Shown here one piece after another: positions 11,798 to 22,768 of a stretch of 64,000 bases of DNA. Below the pieces are notes generated by a model that saw only the letters and a list, made by a program, of their open reading frames with translations, had not been told where the DNA came from and did no database searches. The position numbers and the translations under genes were made by a program. This DNA is from Rebecca billardiae RCC1528 (lineage: Eukaryota > Protista > Haptophyta), in contig OZ251222.1 of NCBI GenBank assembly GCA_965240325.2, positions 1,054,001 through 1,118,000 of the forward strand. Reading direction: 5' to 3'. How positions within the stretch are numbered: the first letter of the stretch is position 1; the number at the start of each line of letters is the position of its first letter.

Positions 11798-13345
11798 ATG
11801 GAGCGGCGGAGAAGCGTGGCCGTGATCGGCGCCGGCCCAGCTGGGCTATGCGCGCTGAAGGAGCTTCGCTCCGTTGGGCTTGCGGTCACCGCCTTCGAGC
11901 AGTCGAGCACCATCGGCGGTGTGTGGTCACACATGGTGTGGGATGAGATGCGCTGCAACTTGAGCAAGCATGCGTGCGCGTTTCGGAGCTTCCCGTGGCC
12001 GCCCACGGCCGATCTGTTCCCCTCAGCCGCCGCCATGCGCGAGTATCTGCGTGAGTACGCCTCGGCGAACGACCTGTGGCCGTCGATTCGCCTCGACACG
12101 CACGCACGTGTCCAGCGCGCCGACGACGGCACGGGTTGGCAGATCCACTGGACTTGCGCCGACGGGAGCACCGGCGTCGACAGCTTCGACCTGGTGTGCG
12201 TGGCCTCGGGCTTCTTCTCGACGCCGAGGCTACCGAACGAGGTCGCAGGCGTCGACGCCGCCCGTCCACCCGTGGCGCTGCACTCGAGCGCCTACAGGTC
12301 TGCGCGCGCGCTCGGCGCGCCGCAGGGAGGGACGGTGCTCGTCGTGGGCGGCTCCTTCTCGGGCGCCGAGATCGCGGTGGAGATCGCGCGGGCGCAGCCG
12401 GGGGTGCGGGTGCTTAGCAGTGTGCGTACGCCGCACTACTACCTGCCGCGCTTGTGCGCCCGCGCAGGAGAGGCCCCGCCGCCTTCCGTCCCGCGCGCCA
12501 GCGCGGCTGCGCCAGCGTCGCACGGCGCGCGCGACGCAGCCGACACCCTGGCCGGTCAGAGCGAGCCGCCGCCTGGGCTGGCTCCGATCGATGAGCTGCT
12601 GCACGCGTGGGCGGACGTGTGCGAGCCGTCGGCGGCGGCGTCGCAGCCGCCGACCCTCGCGCAGCGGCACGAGCGCATCCGCGCGCTGGCGCTCGACTCC
12701 GCCGCCGCCGCGCTGCCTTGGCCTGAGACACGCCGCCCGGTGCGGGTCGCAGTGAGCTCAGACTTTGTCAGACTGTGTGCAGAGCGCAGGATCGAGGTGG
12801 TGGGCGGGCTCGAGGCGGTGGAATGGCCTGCGTCGAGCCCGGGCGGTTCGCCGCGCCCGCGTGCGCGCTTCGCCGACGGGCGCGTCGAGCCCTTCGACCG
12901 CTGCGTACTCGCCACCGGGTTCACGTGCTCGGCGCTGGCTGGGCTGCTGCCTGCGGACGTGCTGCGCGCTGCGGAGTACGAGCCGTCCGACGGGCTGCAG
13001 CCGCTGCTGCTGCTTCTGCACACGCTGCACCCGGGCGAGCGCACGCTCGGCTTCGTCGGGATGTACAAGGGCCCGCACTTCCCTGCGATCGAGCTGCAAG
13101 CCAGGTGGCTCGCCGCGCTCTGGACAGGCGCGTGCGAGTGGCCATCGGAGGCGCAGCGGACTGATGCACTGCACGCCGCGCGAGCCGTGCGGAGCGGTGG
13201 CGGCGACGAGACTACGGGCGAGGCGGCCGGCCGCGCACAGTTCCCAGCTGATCACGTGCGGCTCATGCTTGGCCTGGCGCGCCAGCTGGGCATTGCGCCG
13301 ATGGATGTTTGCGGCCCCGTGAGTTCGAATCCGCTGCGGCCCTGA
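11798..13345 (+). CDS. Flavin-containing monooxygenase (class B, FMO-like)
   Basis: VIGAGPAG (FAD), FEQ...GGVW, VASG, HSSAYR (degenerate FMO fingerprint), VVGGSFSG (NADPH), LATGF, ELQARW. Confidence 0.88.
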   Translation: MERRRSVAVIGAGPAGLCALKELRSVGLAVTAFEQSSTIGGVWSHMVWDEMRCNLSKHACAFRSFPWPPTADLFPSAAAMREYLREYASANDLWPSIRLDTHARVQRADDGTGWQIHWTCADGSTGVDSFDLVCVASGFFSTPRLPNEVAGVDAARPPVALHSSAYRSARALGAPQGGTVLVVGGSFSGAEIAVEIARAQPGVRVLSSVRTPHYYLPRLCARAGEAPPPSVPRASAAAPASHGARDAADTLAGQSEPPPGLAPIDELLHAWADVCEPSAAASQPPTLAQRHERIRALALDSAAAALPWPETRRPVRVAVSSDFVRLCAERRIEVVGGLEAVEWPASSPGGSPRPRARFADGRVEPFDRCVLATGFTCSALAGLLPADVLRAAEYEPSDGLQPLLLLLHTLHPGERTLGFVGMYKGPHFPAIELQARWLAALWTGACEWPSEAQRTDALHAARAVRSGGGDETTGEAAGRAQFPADHVRLMLGLARQLGIAPMDVCGPVSSNPLRP

Positions 13346-13605
13346 GCCTGAACGACACAGCAGATATGACGGCACAGGTCTCCTGATTTGTTGTCGGCAA
13401 CGGTGCTCGATCGTCGACAAGTATATCAAGTATATTACCTGCACTGCTGATGATGTCGATTTTTGATCATCGATTATAATTTCAATAATTTGTACATAGA
13501 ATAATAAGGCGGAGTTCTTTGATGTTGATGAGTTTTCATGTTGATGTCTTTTTCAGGCGGGCCGGGCGAAATAAAAAACGGTTGCGAAGTGACGATTCGT
13601 GGGCG

Positions 13606-14703
13606 ATGGCGGCCGAGTGCTCGCGCGCCGTGTTGCTACTGGCGCTCGCACTCGTCAGTGTGCTGGCGCTGATATCGAGCGCCAAGCGCGGCCGCACGCC
13701 ATGGGCAGCTACACTGCCAATTATGCTGCTCTCTCCGCCCGTGCCTGAGCCACGCGTGCGTGGCAGGGGACGCGCGCTCGCAGGCCTCCACGGCAGTGGA
13801 CAGCGCTCGCAACGTCGTGCGCAGCCGGTGGCACCTTCACGCCAGTCCGTGGCGTGCGTGCGCGTGGTGTGGCCCTCGCTTCTACCCGAACGAGATCGCC
13901 ACATGCGTGAGCTCACGCAGCGCATCCACGGCTGCAAGCCCACCATCGTCCGCGCGACCCGCCTAACTGAGCTCGTCCGAGACCGGACCGGGCGCTTCTC
14001 AGCGCGCGGCGTGCTGCTCACGGGCCCGGACTTCCCTGTGCCGAAGCACGCGCAGCCTCGCGCGAACGCGGCGAACGCGATGACGCAGGCACGCATGCTC
14101 CGCGTCGTCTCGAGCTCCCCGGTGCTCGCCGAGCGCGACTGGGCGCTGCTTCTCGAGAACGATGCTGCGCTGCACCCGCGCGCGCGCGCGCTCGCACCTG
14201 CAGAGCTGGCGCGCGTGATCAGGTGGGCGACAGGCGTGGCGGAGCAGCGCGGCTTCAACATGGTGCACTTTGCGCTCTGCCCGTTCAGCACGCAGCCGTA
14301 CAAGTGCCGCCGCGTGCAGGCGGACGGCGCGCAGCCAGGCTGGCCATCGCTGCACGCGTGCACCGGCGACGCGCGATGCGCAACCGCGTACGCGCTTCCA
14401 AAGGCGCGCGCGCGAGAGGTGGCCGCGGCGTGGGACGCGCGGAACAAGGGCGTGCGCACGTGCCCACGCCATGTTTGGGGTGGACCCGCATGCCCGCGTG
14501 ACCCGTGGCTGCTTTCCGAGCACCTCGGCGAGTGCGCAGCCGCGCGGCCGGGCCTCGTGTGCCGCTCGCTCATCGTCGGGTACGACTGGGCCGGCCAGCC
14601 GGGAGCGCAGCGCGGCGTGTTTGTGCAGGACCGCGGCTCGTTCGGCTCGACCATCGACTCGAAGAAGTCGCCCGACGGCCGCCTGGTAAACGTGCCGCCC
14701 TGA
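13606..14703 (+). CDS. Type II membrane protein, putative glycosyltransferase (GT25-like)
   Basis: N-terminal TM helix; SLLPERDRHM resembles the GT25 N-terminal SL..R..R motif; WALLLEND resembles ALILEDD; CATAYAL; GVFVQD. Confidence 0.45.
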   Translation: MAAECSRAVLLLALALVSVLALISSAKRGRTPWAATLPIMLLSPPVPEPRVRGRGRALAGLHGSGQRSQRRAQPVAPSRQSVACVRVVWPSLLPERDRHMRELTQRIHGCKPTIVRATRLTELVRDRTGRFSARGVLLTGPDFPVPKHAQPRANAANAMTQARMLRVVSSSPVLAERDWALLLENDAALHPRARALAPAELARVIRWATGVAEQRGFNMVHFALCPFSTQPYKCRRVQADGAQPGWPSLHACTGDARCATAYALPKARAREVAAAWDARNKGVRTCPRHVWGGPACPRDPWLLSEHLGECAAARPGLVCRSLIVGYDWAGQPGAQRGVFVQDRGSFGSTIDSKKSPDGRLVNVPP

Positions 14704-14946
14704 TGATCGCGACGCAGTGCGAGTGACTCGGGCCGTGCGCGCGTTTGCACGAGTTCGCCGCGGGTGGCTCACGCACGCCTGCGCAAGCTGGTGCGGCGCG
14801 GGCGGCGGTATCCTTTTTGATTACTAATTCTATGATTACTGTCGTAAATCGAATAAAACTCGATCGATCGATGAAAAGAAGAAAAGCGAGCAGCTGTGCG
14901 CGCGCGCGTTTTATCACTCTACTCGGGCCGGGGGTTTGGCGGTAAG

Positions 14947-14985
14947 GATTTTCCGAAAAATCGGCCGCCAGTTTTTCGGAAAATC
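14947..14985. repeat. Perfect 14-bp inverted repeat with 11-nt spacer
   Basis: GATTTTCCGAAAAA (14947-14960) and TTTTTCGGAAAATC (14972-14985). Confidence 0.85.
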
Positions 14986-17189
14986 GCGCGACTGTGGCGG
15001 ACGCGATCCATGCCGCACGACGGTGATGGCCGCGCCGGGGGAGGACGCGGGACCGGAGGTGCAGCAGGCCGCAGCTGCGATTGTTGCGTTGATGGGATGG
15101 GCGGCGCGGCGGCCAATGCCCCGGCCCATGATCCGGGCGATACCCAGATGTCGAGACCGGGGCACAAGTTCCCGAGCGGGTGCCGTAGGAGTATCAGCAT
15201 CTGCTCACGTAGCGAGCATTGCCCTTATTGGTCTTGTTCGCGCGGGGATCCATCTGGCCCACAGCTTCGCGATGCTGCGCACTGTGGGCCAGGTGATGCA
15301 TGCTTTCCAGTTCGCCGAACTCAAGAGGACTGCTCGCACTGCCAAGGCTTGGGCCTGTACCGCGGTGGTGCTCGGCGGACCTGATCCAAAGCCACAGCTG
15401 TGGTTTGACCTCGCGGGCGTACATGGCAAGACTGTATGGTCGCACGGCCATCGATGTGAACGTGTGCACGGCGCCACTCTGCCATGCTTCAACTCGTCTG
15501 GGTTGAGCTGAGGGCAATCATTCGTGCCCGGAGCATCTGTCAGGCGCGCGTGCATGCATGCGCGCTGCGCGCCGCGCTGCGGCCCGCGACTACAGCTCCT
15601 GTCACCTTAGCAGATATCTAATGTTGACCACCCCTTTGCGCATCCTGCAGTAGGCCGTGGCAGGTGGGCCTTCCGCAACTGCGCCCATCATCATCATGTC
15701 GCCGTGATCATCTGTCAGCAGCTGATCGTCGAGTCGTCTGCAGCTTGTCACTGTCCGCCCGTCCGGGCCCGGGGCCTCAGGCTCAGGCTGCTTTCGATCG
15801 GGCTGGCGCCGAGCTCAAGTGATAATCGTCGGCTCACGTGTAGTCACATATCCGGCGGCGGATGGCAGCAGTGAGAGAAACAAGTCTCACTCGCAGGCTC
15901 AGCTGATGACCGCCGAGACCAGTAGCGCGTCAAAATCGTCAGTAGTCTTAGTACGCGTAGCATCATCGTCAACGGTCAGCGACTACTCATAGTCATACTG
16001 CATCCAGTCGACTCGTCCTCAGCCGCCGGTTGCCCCTAGGAGCGGGCGCAGCGTCACCCTGGCGCCCTCAACTGCAGGCCAATCGCGTCGGGCGGCAGCG
16101 AGGGCAGCATGACGAACGCTGAGTCGACGAGTGCGAGCTTTCCTGCTGGCGCCTCGCCCGCCGCTCGCCGCCGCAGCACTCGCAGGGATGACTGCCGGCA
16201 GCGCGCGCAGCTCTGAGCTCACCGGCGATCAGCGCGCGCAGCTCATGCGCGCGCTGACCGGTGAGCGTGCCCGCGCCCATCGCGCGGACGAGCGCGGCGT
16301 AAGCCGAGAGCTATGCGGCTTTCCGCACGTACGTGTGCGTCGCCAAGCCCCGCGCGAGCTCGAGCCACACGCCGTGCGCAACGGCAGCTCAACCGCATCA
16401 CGCGTGAGACGGCACGCGATAGAACGCAGAGGTCGGTGAGGCTTTCAGAGCGGCGCTCACTGAGGCGGCTTGCGCAGGGCGTAGCTTGGCGAAGCGCTAC
16501 TGAAGATGAATACCTGCCCCCGAGATGCAAGCCACGACATGTCTGTCAACTGGGACAGCACACTGAGGGAAGCATCAGCTGCGAGGTCAGGGTGTTCTAC
16601 TTCCAGACATCTGCCAATCAAAACGCCTCGCGCCCCTCCTTCGTGCCAGCTGGGCGGAGCAGCTAGCAGCAAGAGGTCGCGCAGTACGGTATGGCAGCGT
16701 CCGCGAACGGCGAGAGGGTCGCCCAACAGCCATGTACTTGGATCGACAGCTCGGCGCATGCGTTGAACGATAGGAATTGTCCTTGTGCGTGGACGGCAGC
16801 TACGCGCCTGCTTCCCCGCAGCGGGAGCAAGCACGACGGCGGCGCACGCAACAAGGACCGACACCACGCTCGTGGCAAACGTCTGCCGTCCTCTGCCTCG
16901 CCTCTCGCTTCCGAATTGCGGCCGATTCGGCGACGTGCAGATGGGCGGCATGGTGCAGTCTCGCGGCCTGGTGAGCCCTATGAGCCCGCTCCCAAGTACC
17001 CGTAAGGTGTTGACACATAGGAGCCGGCTTCATGGGCGATTCGCCTTTGAATAGCAGCTGCCTTCATAGGCGCGCGCTCAAAATAGCGCACGCCGACCAA
17101 GCTGAAACGGTTTGTCCCGCGGACAAACCGTTACAAACCTCGCTACCACCAAACCCCCGGCCCGAGTAGCTACTTTTACGCGGTCGGCG

Positions 17190-17912
17190 ATGCTCCATCG
17201 GGTCCTCGTCATGGGCTGCTGCGGTTCGCTACCTTCTGCTCGCATGAGCGCGTCGACGTCATCTGCTCGGGAGGTCTTGCGCTTTTGGTTCGGTCCCGAG
17301 TACTTCGCCGAGGACCGCAGCCAGCTCAACGACGAGTACTCGCAGCGGCAGGTGAAGAGGTGGTTCATGGGTGGGGAGGAGATGGACAAGGAGTCGCGCG
17401 CATTTATCCCGCTCATCCGTGATGCTGGGCACAAGCGGTTGAATGGGGCCGAGTGGGCGTCATGTGACGGGCTCATCGCGCAAATGATTCTGTGCGACCA
17501 GCTGTCGCGCAACGCCTTCCGAGGGAGTGCGGAGGCATTCGCGTACGATGACAGCGCGGTCGAATTCGCGACGCAAGTGATGGAGTCACCAGATGCGAGG
17601 CCGGGGCAGCTGAAGTGGCCGGCCGCGGTGTTCTGCATTGTGGCATTGATGCATTCGGAAGACGTGCAGCTCCACGAGCGCGTCCTTACCTTTGGTGCCG
17701 CGCACGCTAATGCGAACACCGGCGCTGGCGAGCACTTCCTGAGAAACCAGCTTGATGGCGCACTGCCCGAGCACACGGAGGTGCTCCGGCGCTTTGGCCG
17801 ATACCCTCACCGCAACGCCCTCAAAGGCCGCGAGACATCGCCAGAGGAGGCAGCGTGGCTCGCCTCCGACCAGGCACCGGGCTGGGCTAAATCGCAGATG
17901 CCCAAGAAGTGA
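17190..17912 (+). CDS. DUF924 family protein
   Basis: EVLRFWFG, WF, ILCDQLSRNAFRG..AFAYD, LMHSED, RFGRYPHRN..GRETSPEE. Start at 17190 or 17244. Confidence 0.9.
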   Translation: MLHRVLVMGCCGSLPSARMSASTSSAREVLRFWFGPEYFAEDRSQLNDEYSQRQVKRWFMGGEEMDKESRAFIPLIRDAGHKRLNGAEWASCDGLIAQMILCDQLSRNAFRGSAEAFAYDDSAVEFATQVMESPDARPGQLKWPAAVFCIVALMHSEDVQLHERVLTFGAAHANANTGAGEHFLRNQLDGALPEHTEVLRRFGRYPHRNALKGRETSPEEAAWLASDQAPGWAKSQMPKK

Positions 17913-18446
17913 ATGACCGACCGGCGGCACCTGTGACCTGAATGCTCAGACTCTAGCTGTCTGTCTCTGATCAATGTATACAGTAGTATCGGTTCAAACT
18001 ATCTTTGAACTCATATGTCAGTGACGGTGACCAGGTCCAGGGTACGGGGTCACCGTACTCACTGCTAGGCAGCGCTAGCCGTACCGATTCGATGCATCGG
18101 ACCTGCGGCGGTGGCGGGCCTCTGGCTGCTATGTCGTCAATGTGGCTCACGACGGCGCGGATTGTAAGGCCTCACTGTGCACATCGTGCCGCTCACCCGC
18201 GCTGCCCGGCCTGCCCCGCCGCGGACCGCCGAGAGTCCGAGCCTGTAGTTACGCCCACTACAGCCACTACTGTCGGTCTCGGTCTCTGGCAGTGTCACTG
18301 TCAGACAGGCGTGATCTCATCACAGTCGAATCACTTGACACGGAATCGCGGCACTATCCGCGGCTCACGGATGCGGCATGCCGCCGCCGCCGATACTCGA
18401 TAGTCCCGAGTCACACGGACTACACGGAGTGTCGCCAAGGGCGGTA

Positions 18447-19558
18447 AGGGCTGTCAACTCCCAGTGGCGGCAGCGCCAGAGGTTGGCTCCCGCTTCGCTG
18501 CTGCGCAGCCTCGCTCCAGCGACTAACTCTCGTGGGCGCCCGCCCCGGGGGGCGAGTGGGGCGCGCACGGCGCGAGCTCCTGCGGCCGTGTACGCGCGCG
18601 CGGAGGCGGCGCGCGCGGCTGGGCAGGTGCTAGGGAGTGCATGTCGCCCTCCCACGCCGCGCGCCTTGCTCGCCGCCGCTTTCGCCGCGCCTCAGGCCAG
18701 CGCGCACGCGTGCGCCGCCTCCAGAGCCAGCCTCGGGCCCGCGGCAGCTGGCCGCGCGCGTGTGGTGCGCGGTCTGGTCGGCGCGAGTCGGTCGGGGCCA
18801 TCGGGCGAGGTTCGCATACTTTAGACGCGCGCTCTGCCGCCGCGCGCCGCCGCGCATGGGCCCGGTACCATCTCGTGAAGCTGTTGAAGGAAGCTGATCG
18901 ATGAATGCACGACAAGCAGAAATGAGCTCGAACACGCGACAGTGAGCGCCCATGCGCGTGATAGGCGGCCGCATTGGGTGCGTGTACGGCGTCCAATGGG
19001 TGCATTGCCCCGCTCTCCATCGCCTGCGCTCGTCTGTTGTGCTCTTCAGCGTCTCCATGAGCGTCCAAACATGAGCATTTTCGCATTCGTGCTGCAGTTC
19101 GTGTCAGACCTAAGATGCTTGCGTGTCGACCCATGACAACCGTGCGCGGCGGCGCGCGGCGGCAGAGCGCGCGTCTAAAGTATGCGAACCTCGCCCGATG
19201 GCCCCGACCGACTCGCGCCGACCAGACCGCGCACCACACGCGCGCGGCCAGCTGCCGCGGGCCCGAGGCTGGCTCTGGAGGCGGCGCACGCGTGCGCGCT
19301 GGCCTGAGGCGCGGCGAAAGCGGCGGCGAGCAAGGCGCGCGGCGTGGGAGGGCGACATGCACTCCCTAGCACCTGCCCAGCCGCGCGCGCCGCCTCCGCG
19401 CGCGCGTACACGGCCGCAGGAGCTCGCGCCGTGCGCGCCCCACTCGCCCCCCGGGGCGGGCGCCCACGAGAGTTACCAGTAGTCGCTGGAGCGAGGCCGC
19501 GCAGCAGCGAAGCGGGAGCCAACCTCTGGCGCTGCCGCCACTGGGAGTTGACAGCCCT
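18447..19558. mobile_element. Non-autonomous foldback/MITE-like DNA element with ~410-bp TIRs and TA flanks
   Basis: Arms 18447-18856 and 19143-19558 are near-identical reverse complements (one substitution and one 6-bp indel noticed). Ends TA|AGGGCTGTCAACTCCC...GGGAGTTGACAGCCCT|TA; 286-bp spacer; no transposase. Confidence 0.85.
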
Positions 19559-20426
19559 TACCCGTACAGCGCCGGGAGACTCACGGGAGACTCACTCAAC
19601 TTTAATGGTCGGTCCCGGGCGCAAGGTTGGTGCGCAGGCGACAAGAATTGGCTCACATTTAGCGTCTCGGAGATCTCCTTCGGACACTCCGCGGGTTGGT
19701 TGCGCTCCGCTGCCGCCCGCGCGCGCTAAAATTCATTCTTTAAAATAGGGTTTTCAGTGCACGAAGAACCAAGCGAAGAACATGACTCCAACGGGCAAAA
19801 AAGAGCAAAATCAACAGATTTGCGGAGCTTCCCGTAGGCTATGAAGGGCACGGTGCAGGCGAGTGATGCGGGCGCTCCATGGCCATGTCGGCCGTCGCGG
19901 ATGGCGTCAACGCACGCCACATGCTCAAGACACATGCTCACTCGCACACACTTGGGTTGGGCGGGGCGAGACCGCGCTCGCGCAGCCGATCGACACTCAA
20001 CGACGCTTGTGCGTTGCGACTGCTTTGACACAGCGAACGGCAGGGTGCAGACTCGAGATGTGAGGGTCATGCGGGCTTGGACTCGTAGCCAGTACCCACT
20101 GGCGGCAGCCTGCATGCCGCGCGTACTCGTCCGGACGCGAACTCGTACATCGAGCGGCCAAACTGCTGCGCGAGTCGCCGCCCCAAGTCACAAGCTCGCC
20201 ATGGATCGCAGAGCCCGCGTAATCTCGGCGCTGTACGGTTACTGGTACCGCCCTTGGTGTCGCGGTACCGTCGATGTCGATGACTCAGCGGTGACTAGAG
20301 ACGACTGACCATTTGCGCTAAGACCACCAGTGCCCGGTTTCAGTTCGGCTGGGTGAGCTGCAAGTGACGAACGTCGACTCTGGCTTCTGTCATCGCGATG
20401 AGTGTCGAGGAGCCGAGGCCATTAGT

Positions 20427-21533
20427 CTAGTTCAGGGGAAAAGTCCGGGAGCCGCCAACACCGTCGGTGTTGGTTCGCTGGGCATGGCTGCCCTTGTGGT
20501 GCGCGGTTGGCGACGAACATATGCCGAGCACGGCGCCAAGACGGCCCGCGCACAGCAGTAGAGACGGGCTAGTGGCGTCGTACGGCCCCAGCGCGCCCTA
20601 CCGAGGCGCTTGAGCCGACATCTTGCGCCCAGTTGAGGCCGTACGTTCGTGCGGGCTCGTCGGCACGGCCATTGCCGGTGTTGGTTCAAACGTGCGGGCG
20701 CGGCGCGATGTAGCACACCAAGGTGAGGGGGACTGTGGTAGGGGACGTGTTGGTGTGGTCCTGGCGCGCGCTCTCCTAGCTCGGCCTTGTCGTACGACCC
20801 ATCGGTCTGGAGATTCACGCAAGTAAGGCATCGCTAACGGTTATACCACCACACAGACCATTTTTGGCCATTTCGTTATGTATTCATGGCTGTGAATGCT
20901 GCCTTGCATGCTGCATCACAGTGAGCCTGTTTGGCGCGTGCCGCGCGTGCCATTGCTGCTGACAAGTCGCAGAGCTACAGAGGAGCATGTCACAGCACTA
21001 TGCGTGTCTAAATCCCGGTGGTCGAGTACGCTCACACCTTGTCCGCAAAAGATCGAGCACGCCCATGCCTAGATGCAGCCGCACACGTGAAGACGGGTGA
21101 CAGTTGGTGAGCCTTCATGTCAATCCGCGTACTCATACTTCCTCGGAGGCTCTGGCGGGGAAGGGACGCTAGGAGAGTGCGTGCCAGTACCGCACCAACA
21201 CGTCCCCCACCACAGTCCCCCTCGCCTTGGTGTGCTACATCGCGCCGCGCCCGCACGTTTGAACCAACACCGGCAATGGCCGTGCCGACGAGCCCGCACG
21301 AACGTACGGCCTCAACTGGGCGCAAGATGTCGGCTCAAGCGCCTCGGTAGGGCGCGCTGGGGCCGTACGACGCCACTAGCCCGTCTCTACTGCTGTGCAC
21401 GGGCCGTCTTGGCGCCGTGCTCGGCATATGTTCGTCGTGAACCGCGCACCACAAGGGCAGCCATGCGCCAGTGAACCAACACCGACGGGTGTTGGTGCGT
21501 TTCACGAGCAGTCCGGGTGAATCCCTGAACTAG
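20427..21533. mobile_element. Non-autonomous foldback element with ~325-bp imperfect inverted arms and outer 11-bp inverted repeats
   Basis: Arms 20455-20780 and 21168-21495; outer CTAGTTCAGGG (20427) and CCCTGAACTAG (21523-21533); repeated GTGTTGGT/ACCAACAC motif inside the arms. Confidence 0.8.
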
Positions 21534-21542
21534 GCCCTGTAA

Positions 21543-22405
21543 CCAAGGGGCTTACAAAATACCACTGGGGGCGAAAGCGCCAGTGAGTGAGGAGCCCCGT
21601 CGGATGCGAGGCTCCTGAGACGGATAGTGTCCGGGAGCTCGTATGAAAAAAAGACCGGAATGCCTTGAAAGAATACGAGATGGCTCGACAGATTACCCGC
21701 TTTCCCCCCTTGATTCCTTTGTTCCCGGATTCAAACTTCCCCCACAGTGTTTTCCACTGACCGGACACTGTCCGTCTCAGGAGCCTCGCATCCGACAGCT
21801 GTGTTTCGCCCCCAGTGGTATTTTGTAAGCCCCTTGGACAGTGGCAACCCGGGGACTTTGTCCCCGCGCCCCTATCGCGGGCTCTGGCGCGCGAACGCTT
21901 TGTCACTACTGGATTCCGAGCCGGAGGTTGGCGCTCCGTGCACCAACAAAGACATCCCCAGCCGCATGTTGCCACTCGACACCTCGTCTCGCCTCGCGCG
22001 GAGCCAACTTGTGGTGTGCGGGAGCTACCCGAAGCACAGGCTGTGCTGCACGCGGCGCGTCGCGAGTCGGGAGTGCATCGCGCACACGGCGGCGCACGAC
22101 GTGCCATGGGACAGACATGAGTATGTACTCAACGGATTGCGCGTGCGACGCCTTCGCGATGCACTGATGTTGACCCGCCACGCGCGTCGCTACACGGCCC
22201 AGTGTGCTACGGGTGGCTCCCGCACACCACAAGTTGGCTCCGCGCGAGGCGAGACGAGGTGTCGAGTGGCAACATGCGGCTGGGGATGTCTTTGTTGGTG
22301 CACGGAGCGCCAATCTCCGGCTCGGGGGCCAGTAGTGATAAAGCGTTCGCGCGCCAGAGCCCGCGATAGGGGCGCGGGGACAAAGTCCCCGGGTTGCCAC
22401 TGTCC
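21543..22405. mobile_element. A..A'B..B' split inverted-repeat element (DIRS ICR-like architecture), non-autonomous
   Basis: A 21543-21576 pairs perfectly with 21804-21837 (inner pair 21599-21634 / 21761-21796). B 21836-22038 pairs with 22203-22405. A' and B overlap by GG; the element carries CC at both ends. Confidence 0.7.
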
Positions 22406-22768
22406 TTTCCGACGCACCCCTCGCCTAGCGAGGGGTGCTCGACCGTTACGGAAGATTAGATGCACCTGGCCTCTTTGGGTGCGTCTTGTAACGTGACGTT
22501 CGGCGGCCGCCATCGTGACGGATCCTGACGGGAGTTCCCACTTCTTCCCATCCCTCTCTCCCCTGCTCAGGCTGGCTGGTACTCTCCGCCATCGCACTCG
22601 CTGGGCTGTGCCCGCCGAGTAACGATGGCGGCGCAGTCCGGAGGAGAGTACCAGACAGCTGCTCAGGCACGCCGCACGGCGCGGCTGAGTGGAAACACTT
22701 GCGCTCCACCCGCCTCAGCAGTGTGGCTCCACACCTCTCGCCCGCGCCTGCCAGGGCGGCCAGGGCTC

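Noticed and set aside
13315-13345. tRNA T-loop-like GTTCGAATCC
   Set aside because: Lies in the FMO coding end and no cloverleaf stems form.
14936-15511. Possible CDS (MAAPGEDAGPEVQQ...)
   Set aside because: No recognisable domain and competing frames look equally plausible.
16019-16951. Possible minus-strand gene with a hydrophobic N-terminal segment and a GTGAG donor near 16460
   Set aside because: I could not join the downstream pieces into one frame; it may be a decayed gene but is not supportable.
19604-20424. Possible further TIR element (TAATGGTCGG...CCGAGGCCATTA)
   Set aside because: The inverted match is short and gapped, within chance.
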